DNA from: Balanoglossus misakiensis
Taxonomy: Eukaryota > Animalia > Hemichordata
Length of the DNA stretch: 64,000 nt
Assembly: GCA_040954595.2 (NCBI GenBank)
Contig: CM082576.2
Coordinates: forward strand, 6,203,129 to 6,267,128
Reading direction: 5' to 3'
In this document: positions 13,581 through 25,456 of the stretch, piece by piece
How the letters are laid out: the number at the start of each line of letters is the position of its first letter
Position numbering within the stretch: the first letter of the stretch is position 1
Program-made: the position numbers and the translations under genes
The notes under the pieces: generated by a model
What the model was told of the DNA's origin: nothing
Database searches by the model: none
The model's input: the letters and a program-made list of their open reading frames with translations, nothing else

Positions 13581-16500
13581 GAATATAGACAGTGCCAATG
13601 ACAAAATGCTGAAGTCTGGCTCTTTTTCGGGACTTGACCGCCTGGAGCATTTGTGAGTTCAAAGTTTTTAAATTTGCTTTTCAAAACTCCAAGCTGAAAA
13701 AACCCACACAGTTGTGCTATTTTCTGTAATAATTCACTGAATCACCTGGACTGTGCTGTCATTAGATCGGAATGTAAAAAAATAAACTTTATGAAATCTA
13801 ATGTACAGTATATAATTTTGAAATGTCCCAGCACAAGATGTTGGGATTTTTTTGTATAATTTTGTTTCTGTGTATAGTCTGGTCTAAAACATTCAAAATT
13901 GAGAATGTAAGCTTCAATTATAAAATCCCAGCAACTCTTCCCACACGGACTGTTTTTAAATAAATCACAAACACTTGATAACACACTATTTGCAATGAAA
14001 TAAATGGCTTACATGTACTTGTCCTAGGTACAAGACGATTTGACAGGAGGCAATGAGGCTTGAAAAGCAGTTTAACAACAACCCTTTGTGAAATATTTCA
14101 TCCGATAATTTGTTTTGAAACAACCCCTCCCTCAAATGGCATGGATAGATCAAATGTATAGTAAACAGGAAAGCCAGGATATGCATAGTATTACATGCAC
14201 TCTAAAGTAATACCAAAATTCAGCAGATGGTGGGACATACTATACGGTATATACTCTAAACTTTTATTTTGCCTTTTAGGACTTTGTCAAATTGGCCTAA
14301 TCTGCAAGCGATTGAAGCCGGTGCGCTGGATGGGTTGCCAAGACTGGAATACCTGTGAGTACTGGAATTAATGGATAAGTGTTGCAGCAGAGCCCATGGC
14401 TTTAATTTTCCATATGTTTAAGTCTGCAACAGTTTCCGTGTAGTGATGTTGGGAACGGTGCCTGCATTTATGTGCGATCGGCACTGGAGGCATTTGGCGG
14501 ACTTACCAATTTTGAAAGTGGTCACAATATTTCGGAAATGCAATCTTACAACAATTTAAAGTATTGATATCACGTAGCCAAATCGGTTATCTTTCTGATC
14601 ATTAAAATCAGATTTTAGTCGGTCGGCTTCCTTTTTAAAAATTGCAGAGATTGCTGAGATAATGTCAGGAATGCATAATTCAGTAGTCTTCCATGTGACA
14701 TTTCCATTAGAGTAATCTGGGAATGGATGGAAATGCAAGATCTGGTTTTTAAATGTGCAACAGATGTTGAGTTGAAATGTGCATGAAATGAAAACGCACT
14801 CTGTATAGTGTTACATGGTAAGATGGTATGGCGCCCTCTAGTGGCGGAATATATTGTTTGAATTCAACCACATTGCGTAAATTATTGAAATAAAAAAAAA
14901 TATATAAGGAAATTAGGAAAGTGCTATCTTCGGCTGCCATTGTCTCTTTCCGGCTGGGAAGCTGGATGCTCCCTGAAATCAGTGGGAGACTGTCCCTCAT
15001 TTACAAAACAAGGTCTCGGATTTCATTGTAATCCGTCCATCAAATACAATTTTTTTCCTCAGGAATCATCTGACTATGATCATCAATTTACAGATGGGTT
15101 TTCTCATATTTTTTTTTCATTCAGGGAAATATTTCGGATGCCTCAGCTGAGTTCAATTGGACCGGGAGTTCTTGGAATTTTTCCAAACCTCCGAGATCTG
15201 TGAGTACTAATTGAGCAGATCCGTATCATGTTTTTGAAGGCTCGAAGTGTCATGTTATAGTACTTAACCCCTTCCCTTACTGAATTTTGCAAATAACGTA
15301 GAAAAAAATTCATGGTTCTCTCTTGGCAAGGGTTACTTCTAGGTTCCCCGGTATGCATGTTGCAACAACAAAAATGACAAGTATGGTGAAATGCTACTGA
15401 AGGTGACCTAAAGTGCATATGCTCGGGAGTTGATTAGGTGAAGGTCAGAAAAAGAAGTTGTCAAAACAAGTTAAGGATTGCTCAGAACACAACCCCACAG
15501 CCAGTCTGTTATAAATATCAGTCAAGGATGCTGCCCTCTAGGGCCAAAATGGCATGCCACGTACGCGTCACCATCCGTGGAATGACGTAAAGAACATTTT
15601 TCATTTACACATTACACAGAGCCGACTCAAGTCAATTTCCACAGATTCTCGACTTGATTCAAAAGACCGACGGTGTTGTCTGTGTGGTGAGCCATTAATT
15701 TCAGCAATGTATGTACAGACCAAAAACTCTGGATCTAGTGTCAGGTGTCACATATATATCTCTGATACGAATCACACAAGTGTATATGATTAGTACTCTA
15801 CTTTTGAAACTGAGGGAGTTAGTGATATTTTTGATTGATCAAATTAAACTTGCTGTGCGTTTTTATTTCTCACTGCCCATTGCTTAAAAGGTACTCAAAC
15901 CAACCCTGAATTTTTCTTTGCAAAAACAGAGCATGTTTCCGTTAGTCTATAAAACCTCTTTCTTGCCAAAAACAGAAAATTGTCAGTTTGCATTAGATGT
16001 TAGGCTCAGAAAGGGTGTTATGGCATAGTATGTTATTGTCAGGGAAAGTGAACAGTATGCAGCATGTTACGCTGTCCTGTAAGGCAAAGTTGGGGTCCGC
16101 CCTCTATCGCCAAAACCTATTTTACTTTCACCTGTCGTTCATCTGATCTTCTGTAGAAAAGTTCATTTTAAGTCAAATATATATGTCTCGCTGATTCACT
16201 TGTGTGTATCAATTATCAACCTATTCTCCTTTGCAGGTTGGTCCATGAGTGCGGTCTCACTAGTGTGCCAGACTTCTCCAATTTCAGTACTTCAGAAATA
16301 TCTGTGGACATGTGAGTACAATTACTGGAAATGTTCCAGTTGCAGTATAGGAAGCGATTCAGCCCTGCCTCTCATATCTTCAGTTTTAGTTGATATAATA
16401 CTGGAGTATGTTTTACAAAATTTGTTATACTGCTTGGCATAATGCCATTGATCTAACTTGCTTATGACACACAAATTTTAGACATGCATATACACGGTAC

Positions 16501-19500
16501 CGGTACATATACATGTATTGTGAAGTTATTGTGTTATAATTTCTCTTTCAGATATCTCAATAATAATAACATCCAAGTCATCCAATCAGATGCCTTCTTT
16601 GGGATCCTGGTCGTGGTTGACAAACTGTAAGTTGCTTTGTTAGAGGGCAAAGTCACTTATTATCTTTCGATGTTTGCATATTTTTTGTTTTGAATAAAGA
16701 AAATGATTTGTGTTGTTCTACATAACACTGAACTGCGAATTGTTAGGAACATACTCTAAAAGTTTGATGTCATTTTTTGGTCATCTCCTTACAGCTCACT
16801 GATACGCAACAGAATAGTTGTCATAGAAGACTTTGCATTCCGTGGCTTGACAGTGGTGAATATGTAAGTGTCGAATTCCGAATCTCAAATATAATTTCCA
16901 GTTATTTTGTTTTGCTGAATTATGTCTGCATCCTAAATATAGGGAAATGGAATTCTGTCCACGACTGCATGTGCTGTTGCTATACAAGTCTACTGTCTCC
17001 AGTTTACGACCATATGAAATCGTCCCAAGCCGCCTGTTCTCTGCATATAGAGTTATGGACAGCTGAAAAATATGGAACGGAGGAATGGACTGACTCACAT
17101 TTGACCTCAGCTCTCTCTCACTCTCTTTTGTTGCAGTGACTTGTCTTACAACTGGTTGACGTCTCTGCAGACGGATGCCTTCGTAGCGATCAAAGAACTC
17201 AGAGCTCTGTAAGTTGGAAACATTGTCATATTGGTTCCAATAATTTGATTTGAGACACTGATTTACCCTTTCCAGTGGAATTTTAAAAAACATTGCACGA
17301 TAAGAAATACTTGAGAATTTTACTGCTGAATTTCAAGTTTTAGAAACAGTTTAAGATTTGATACAAAATGCCTGCCTACTTATCCAGTTGAGGCACCCTT
17401 GTAAATTGTTGATGTTATCAGTAATTTCCAAAAGGACTCTGTGTATCATTTATTTTCATTCAGGATGTTCTAGATGCTTTTATAAGTATGAGTTGTAATT
17501 GAAATAAGAGATAACCTGAAAAATAATTCTTTGCTTGCAGGAAATTATCCTACTCTAAACTGAACTACCTGCCAACCAACGGACTCAACAACATCATAGA
17601 GCTGCACATTGCCGAAACCTACAGTTTCCGAACATTTCCGCCTGTCTTCAACTTTGAGAGGATTCGCAAAGCTCGTCTCACCTACTTCACCCACTGCTGC
17701 GCATTCTCCTTTCCGACCGAGGAGAATTACCACAATGCCGAGAAGTTCCGCATTTCCGAGGGCCTACAGAACACCACCACCTGCCCGCCCACCATGGTCC
17801 CCAATCCCACCATCGCGTACTTCAACAATCACTCGGGCTTCTTCCCCGAGCTGCTGCCGCAGACGCGCAAGAGGCGGTCGTCGAGGCGACGGCGGTCGGA
17901 GGAAGGCGAGTGGGATCACATCAAGCCCATATGCGACGATCCCATCTGCGATGACACCGTGACGATCAATCCCGACGACCTGGTTCCGCCCGACGTCCCT
18001 GACGACACGTCGCTCGTCACGGTTCCCAGTGACGACGGCTGGATTCCGGACATCATCAACCCAAACGGATGCTACAATCACATCGGCGACAAGAATGGCG
18101 TGCTGGTTCCCAAAGACTACGCCTTGGTCGACTGCCAACCCAAGCCTAACCCGTTCAATCCGTGCGGTGATGTCCTCAGTTATCTATTTTTGAAGATCCT
18201 CATCTGGTTCGTCTCTCTCACGGCTCTCCTGGGCAACTTCGTCGTCCTGGTCGTGTTGCTCTCGTACATTTCCAAAATGACGGTCACCAAATTCCTGATG
18301 TGCAACTTGGCCTTCGCCGATTTCAGCCAAGGCGTCTATCTGCTGGTGACGGGCATAGTTGACATCTACACGGCGGGGTCCTACTACAACTACGCCATCG
18401 AGTGGCAGTGGGGCGCGGGATGTCGGGCCATCGGTTTCATCTCCATCTTCGCGACGCTGATCGGCGTCTTCACGCTGACCGTCATCACCATGGAGCGGTG
18501 GTACGCCATCATTCACGCCATGCACCTCAACAAGCGCCTGCACATGAAGATGGCGGCCAAGATCATGATCGGAGGGTGGTCTTTCGCCCTCTTCATGGCC
18601 GCGCTGCCGCTGTTCGGCGTCAGCGACTACAGCACGACCAGCATGTGCCTGCCGATGAACGCGAGCAGGCCGGTCGATTTCGCCTACGTGCTGATGCTCT
18701 GCTCGGTGATCACGCTGGCTTTCTTGCTTGTGGTGGGCTGCTACATCAAGATGTACCTCACCGTGCGAAGCCCGGAGAGTTGCTCGTTGGCCCACAAGAA
18801 GGACGCCACGGTGGCCAAGCGCATGGGTATTCTGGTCTTCACTGATTTCGCGTGTGTGGTTCCCATCATGTTCTTCGCGTTTACCGCCGCCCTGGGGAAG
18901 CCGCTCATAGGCGTGGAGGAAGCCAAGATCCTTCTGGTCATCTTCTATCCCATAAATTCGTGCACAAACCCTTTCCTGTACGCCCTGTGCACCAGAGCGT
19001 TCCGGCGGGACCTCTTCATGATACTGACGAAGCACGGGTTCTGCGAGAAGAGGGCCATGAAGTACAAAGGCACCTACTCCAGCGGGGCGCGCTCCATGTC
19101 GCACTCGGTGAACCAGCCGCCGGTCACCTCCAGCACCAGCCACCGGCCGTCCACGGGATCCGTGCTGACGCAGTGCATGGTCGACTGGCACTACAGCGGC
19201 AACGAGTGGCACAACTCCCGCTCCTCGCTCAACAGCAACATCACCCCGCAGACCACGCCGCAGAGCGCACCCCGCAACTACCACTCGGCGGCCTTGCAGT
19301 CGCAGCAGCAGCAGCAGCAGGATCAGGAAGAGGAGGACGCAACGCTGCTAGGCAACGTGGTTCTGATGAGGGCCAGCGGCAGCGGCAGTTCCAGTGGCTC
19401 CAACAAGTCCAAGGAATCCCTGAGCAAGAAGCTGAGCACCGTCCCCGAACGCAGCGACCTGGGTCCGGCGGAGAACCCGACCGAGACGACTCAGCTGAAC

Positions 19501-19854
19501 GGACCCGTCTGGCTCAGGCAGGAGGAGTTGGAGGAATCCATTGCACCGATCGCAGAGGAGGAAAGGGTGGGATTTCACAGTGACTATGAGAACATTGAGA
19601 CAATTGAAGCCATGGTGGCAGAGAGCGGCCACTCCAGTGATACAAACAGCGACCACGGGGACGCGACACGAGCGTACAGACTTCCTCTAGACAAATTCGA
19701 CCAGGCGCGGAAAGACAGTCGCACCGATAGTGGTATCCACTCTGCAATAACAACCCCCGACGTGTTGGAGAATATCGATAAACAATTTCCCAACCGAGAA
19801 GCTGGTCCACAGACTCACTTGCTGGAGGTGATCTCTGATGAAACGAGAGTCTGA
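13581..19854 (+). CDS. Glycoprotein hormone receptor (type A LGR; TSHR/LHCGR/FSHR pro-orthologue), 5'-partial (exon 1 not found in window)
   Basis: Seven phase-2 single-LRR exons with GT-AG ends: 13581-13652, 14280-14354, 15125-15199, 16237-16311, 16552-16626, 16795-16863, 17137-17208 (69-75 nt; e.g. YLNNNNIQVIQSDAFFG). Terminal exon 17541-19854 encodes LTYFTHCCAF, the hinge, FNPCGD and a 7TM domain with FLMCNLAFAD, ITMERW, KRMGILVFTDF and NSCTNPFLY. Confidence 0.95.
14829..14846 (-). promoter_or_regulatory. CTCF-binding motif
   Basis: Minus strand reads CGCCACTAGAGGGCGCCA, a near-perfect CTCF core. Confidence 0.6.
17541..19854 (+). CDS. Terminal exon of the glycoprotein hormone receptor (last LRRs, hinge, 7TM, long C-tail ending ETRV)
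   Basis: Acceptor ttgcttgcag ends at 17540; open frame to TGA at 19852-19854; contains the ORF-track 686-aa ORF. Confidence 0.95.
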
Positions 19855-22552
19855 AAGCATCTCTTTTGTACCCGGCGTGGTGTATTTTGCTTTGACATAT
19901 CTGAATGGATATGAGCAGACTGAATTTCAGACATTTTGTTATTTCTGACATTAGTAGAACTTACAAATTGTACTACAACGTGGCATGTCGATGTTTTTTA
20001 ACAATGCGACACTGTGCAATGGTATCAGCCTATAATATTGGCACGTACAGGTACTGCAGATATATAGTGATACCTGCCAATTTTGGCAGATGACGTTTTA
20101 GTCAAGAAGAGAACGCCTCCGGAACTAGGGGACATGTTTTATACAGAACTTACATTGTACAGAACTTTGTGTTGTACATACAACACATCATGTTATTTAT
20201 TTAATGAAGTACATTGATGGCGATTCAATGTTGTTTACTTCAAGTTTTCTGAGAATGTTTACATTTGAATGATGTCATTCCCACATCCTTAGTGCAATAC
20301 TTCAGGATTTTGACCGCAGTCAAGACAATCAGATGGGTTTCTGAGTTTGGCCTGCTGCACCCGATTATCTTCCCTCCTTTTTTGTTTTAATATTATTAGT
20401 GACACTAGTTGTATCTTCAGCCGAATTTTTCAGTGTTTTTGTTATGTGTACAATCACCTATACCATAACTACGGAAGTTTCTTATTCTGTTTGCTATTTA
20501 ACATGTTAAAATTCCCAGTGTTCTGCTTGTTATCATAACCTATGGATGTAATGCTGATTATTCACAATTAGGCGTTGTTGTCAAAATTTCATTACGCTTC
20601 TGGGTTTTTTAGAGTAAACTGTCCCTGAGCAAATCAATCTACTTATAAATTAGCCAAAATTTACAGCAAATGGAGCTTTAAATTTATTTATTTATTGTAT
20701 TATTTGCAACGCACATCAACATAAACTTTGAGATTTTTGAATAACTCAATTTACAGTCTAGTTTTCTCCAATGATCCAAGGAATTCACTTTAATTTTGGA
20801 ACACGAGTTGCCAACAGTTTTTATCATTAAGTCATATCATGAAAGGCACATTTTACATACATGGTACTTTTCTTTGTAGGTGTTTAGTTGTTGTCTCATT
20901 CAAAGTTATGATTTCCATATCGGCAATAAGCAGAAATTTCATCCTAACACAATTTCACACTGGAGGTAAAAAAAAAAGATCTTATACAAGGTAAATGTGA
21001 GCTTCAGAACACAAAGTCACTTCAGCCATTTGTGGGTATTGGAGAGACAATGTGCCTAACAGTTCTCTCGGCTGTCAGTTAGAACACATGGTCGATCGTG
21101 GCACACAAATGATGTGTGACACCAACCAAATGTTGACAAAAAGTCTGTGACAGCCTGCCTTCACACTTGGTGACATGGTGACTAATCAGTCTTTTGTTTT
21201 ACTAAGAGATGCATTTTAACTTCTCCATGTAACACAATAATCTCTACTGAACATGAATGATAACGCACCCACTTCAGTGACCAAACAGTACTTTAGAAAT
21301 TTGTGTCTGTGTGTGAAATGAAGATAGCTCTATAGTACTATGGCATGTTCTTCAGCCACTGTAGTCAATTATTTTTTTTATCTTCAGGGATTTTGCTGCT
21401 TTTCAGTTCACTGAATTGTATCGACAAGTGTACATGTGTACATACTTGTGGTCCAAGTGTCGCCATGTGTGAAAATATGTCATGAAATTCATGTGCATTA
21501 TAGATGTGATTCTTCTGTCAGACTGACATCATACCAATATATGTCAACATGATTTTTTCACCATTTCTACCTTTGAATATTATAATATTATTATTTGGTT
21601 AATTAAGGGAATAATTCCAGAATCTACAGAATCTAGAATCACGGTTCTGAAAATGGAGGTCAGAGCCTATGCTGTCACAATGAAAAAGTAACCCCCCCCC
21701 CCCCTTCTGCTTTTAATAAGCAATTTCATTTACCATGCGTGTTAGAATTAATAGTAGTTGTTAAGGGACAATTTGTGAAAGCAAAAACTCCATTAAGTTC
21801 ACTGTATTTGTATGCAGCTGACTGACATTTTTCGCGTTAGGCCATAATAGAAAATGTTCCTAAAACTTCTTAAAATAATTACAGCTTTGGGGAAAAGTAC
21901 ATATACTAAACAACTGGCTTACTCTGACAGCTCATAGCAACAGGCCAAATGATTTATAAAAGATACTTTTTAGAAAAAGATTTCAATATTCTTTTAAGCT
22001 GTGACAACTTTGAACTGTTCAGTCCAAACTTTTATGTGACAACAGAAACACTGCCTCATAGTCTTTCACATTAGCTATAGCAGTGATTGTTTGTTGGTTC
22101 TGTGCTCCACAGAACCAAACAGAACAACTTTAGTCCTTTTCATTTGTGTTTTTTAAGAAAAAATAACGAGCTGATTGTTCGTGTAGGATTGCGATGATAT
22201 AAACTCAACGAGTGTATTGTAATATTAGGTGGGCTTACGTGGCCAAAAGAATGAAGTCCTTTCATATAAATTTTGATGTACATTGTATGATATGTTTAAA
22301 AAAGAATGTCATTGTCCATGTATGATTAGTGCTGTTACTATGGTTACAAAGGACAAAATGTGTAAAGAATTTCTTTGTTTTAATGCAAAATCTATGTAAA
22401 TGTATACAAAAGATTCAAATCTTTATGAATTTCACTTTGAATGTGAGAATATATCCATCTGTACATGTCAACTTTGTAAGTATTGTCCATTTTTTGTCTA
22501 TATACAGAATTGTACCCATAACTTTATGTGAATATGTGTAGAAATGTCTTTG

Positions 22553-22588
22553 AATAAAAGCATGTTTACCAGAATAGAGAGGAATAAA
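22553..22588 (+). terminator. Probable poly(A) signals of the receptor transcript
   Basis: AATAAA at 22553 and 22583 end an AU/TGTA-rich 2.7 kb 3' UTR-like tract and are followed by GT/T-rich sequence. Confidence 0.5.
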
Positions 22589-23003
22589 GTATATATTTCC
22601 CTATGAAAACCTGGGTGTGGTCTTTTTATTAGCTATTTTATAGTGGGAGCTCACGGGATTAGTTAGCATCTGGAGTGTGTCCAGTGTGTGTGTCTGTATG
22701 TATCCACTCATGGAATGTGCCAAAAGTATGACATTAATATATTGTCCCTTCATGGCAATTTTTGATTAAATACTTGTCATAATAAAAAACAATTATGGTT
22801 CAAGAACTTCCTCATAATCTACTGGTTCAGTTGCTTTGCACTTTGGTTTGTAAGGTTACGACGATACGCCAAAGTTAAGATGAAACTCAATACCTTTGAA
22901 ACAGCTTTTGGTCACGTCCACAGGTCTTGACATCAAAATCACTCACGCCGTCTGTTACATGAATTATAAAAACTCAGGAGAATTTCTGTGTTGACAGCAC
23001 TGT

Positions 23004-23009
23004 TTTATT
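23004..23009 (-). terminator. Probable GTF2A1 poly(A) signal
   Basis: Minus-strand AATAAA about 2.45 kb downstream of the GTF2A1 stop codon. Confidence 0.4.
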
Positions 23010-23317
23010 GCCATTCTGGGCCTACATGATTTGAAATACTTGCAAAAGTTACAAAGTTATTAATACTGCGCACTGCAATTATACAGTGTCTTGTATACAC
23101 TTCTTGTCAGCATATGTACCCTTCGTTAAAAATCCCATAGCAAAATGTAGAGAAAGATCGTTAGCTGTCAGGGTGAAAGTGGAGAGAAAAACAACTCTTG
23201 CTTCACCATCCAACACTTTTCACAACATCAGTTCATTTAACATCTGGATGAACATGGATAACAAAAAAACCCACTAAAGTTTTCTGACACTTATTTCCCC
23301 ATTGGCTGTTCAATAAT

Positions 23318-23461
23318 TACAGTCTGTAAAACCTGTCTATACCGAACACAGCTCATTTCACATAGAACTACATGTTAAAAGAACCTCTATAAACCGGACA
23401 CCTCTGTAAACCAAACAATTCCTTCAGTCCTTTGATTCTGGTTTAGACAGGTTTTACTGTA
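23318..23461. mobile_element. Short TA-flanked MITE (Tc1/mariner-pogo type)
   Basis: Left end TA-CAGT(ctgt)AAAACCTGTCTATACC; right end GGTTTAGACAGGTTTTACTG-TA (reverse complement CAGTAAAACCTGTCTAAACC); internal repeats such as CCTCTATAAACCGGACAC. Confidence 0.7.
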
Positions 23462-24037
23462 CATTCACTGAGCTTGGCCACTGTTTGGAGTTGTCCACTG
23501 TCTACCTGGAGATGTCACCAGACGCAAACAACCAGACATTGGAATCATCTCTCTCCCACTGTGCCACACCTAAACACGTTAAAATTACTTTCAAGCAAAT
23601 ACACACCCACAGAAAAAAACAGAGCTGCGGCTACCTAGCATAAAAATACCTTTCTCATTGCACTGGCCTACATCAATAAACGTAGTTATTGACTCAAAAT
23701 GCACACCTATGTTATGTTGGCAGTTGGTTACTGCAGCCTTTTTTTGCATATTTTTTAAATCAAAGTACACCAGCACATTACATGAGTATTACAACTTGTC
23801 AAAGGTGATTTTAGTGGACACACAGATAGATAAATTGGAGTTGCCCCGAGGCTGTTGATACAACATAGAATAGAAATCCAGCTGCATGTACATTGTAGAG
23901 GTTTAACCCAACCCACAACCATCCCCATACACAAACAGGCCACAAGCATTTTTTTACACCAAATGCATTATCTACTTTGCTCTGAAAAATCAGTGCTTTA
24001 TAATCAAAAATAATTAAATCTCTTTGAATTTGTTTTT

Positions 24038-24054
24038 CTCTCTCTCTCTCTCTC
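24038..24054 (+). repeat. (TC)n dinucleotide microsatellite
   Basis: Directly visible. Confidence 0.85.
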
Positions 24055-25456
24055 AAAAATATGAATAGTGCATGTTAAAATATACACTGCCAATCCTGTA
24101 AATACATGTAACACTAAATAAGGGAAGAAAAGAAAAATGCCTACAAAAACCTAACAGTGATTCCTTCAAATAGCAAACATTTGCCATACATACAAATGTA
24201 GTTTTTATATTTATCTGTTTCAAGAGAAAGAAAATTTCATCATCTGGAATCTGTAGGGAACTTAGCTCAGAAAAAGTTTTCCTTCTATAATGTCTGAAGT
24301 CAACGACTTTACTAAGTGTACACAGGAGAGGGCTTTTGGAGAACATTAATAGTTCTCATAATAAATACTGTTTGTTTTTATCTTATACAAAATCACTGCC
24401 ATGGGTTCACCAAGCAAAATTCTCTTCTAACACCTCTGCTTTCAGATCAGCTGTAAAGAGTTATTTGATTCAACGCTTACAACCCCCTGTTCCCCTTTGC
24501 AGAGGTCCAACTTTACAATGAATTTGAACCAAAAACATGGTGATGTGAAAAGCTTAAACAGAACAGTCAAAATTCTAGTACATTCATACAAAATGCAAAA
24601 ACACAGCCACAACTCACAACATTTTTTTTTCTCAAATAAATTAAATATAATTCCTTCATTTTGAAGCCAGTCTATGAAGATGGTAAATGGTTCTTGAAAT
24701 CAAGTAATCAAAAAAGATTGTGTCCCTGTCATGAATTATTCTGACACAGATACTGCAAAGTGTGCCTTCTAATCAATGTTTGAAAAAATTCAGCTTCAAT
24801 TTCAGTTCCACATATTTTTATGTATAAAGGTAAAAACACCTTCTGTCACAAGAGAGGTGTTTTTCATCACTGGCATTTCATATTGGCTTAGAGGGCACAC
24901 TGAGACTGCCTATGTGGTCACTCGTTCTATTATGTTATGATAAAATACGCCCAGCCTAAAACGGCATGAACTACAGTGCTCTGACATCACAGCATCCCGC
25001 CATGTTTGGCAAAAAACTGATCCACTGTTCCTACTGCCATTATCAATATATGGAAGTCAGGTGTTTTTCCAGTCCGGAACACAGAGAGCACTTGTAAGTA
25101 CTGAAATGTCCATTACCCAATCTTTTCCCCCCACATGTCCTTCAAAGAGGAGTTCATCACTGTCTCTAATAATATACGCCCCCCACCCAAAAAAAAAAAA
25201 AAAAAAATGATAATAATAACTGTGATCAATGTTTTACTGGATTACTTGTGTGTTCATGATTCTTCTTGTATCGTAACTTAAATATCCAGAAAATTTGTTC
25301 TAGCCTTTTTTTCACTTATTTTTGAGGGATGAGTGGGGGAGAAAACGTTTACTTAAAATAGAAAAAAAGACAACTGCAATCTTATTCCTTCAGAGCACAC
25401 TTGCTGAGGTGAACACGTATTAGGTTGTAAATCTGAGGCGTTAAATTAACCGTTCT

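Noticed and set aside
15264-15335. TTAACCC...GGGTTA piggyBac-type MITE remnant
   Set aside because: Terminal match too short to call without copy-number data.
18184-19284. 366-aa antisense ORF and other overlapping ORFs in the receptor exon
   Set aside because: Shadow of C/G-ending codon bias on the sense strand; no recognisable domain.
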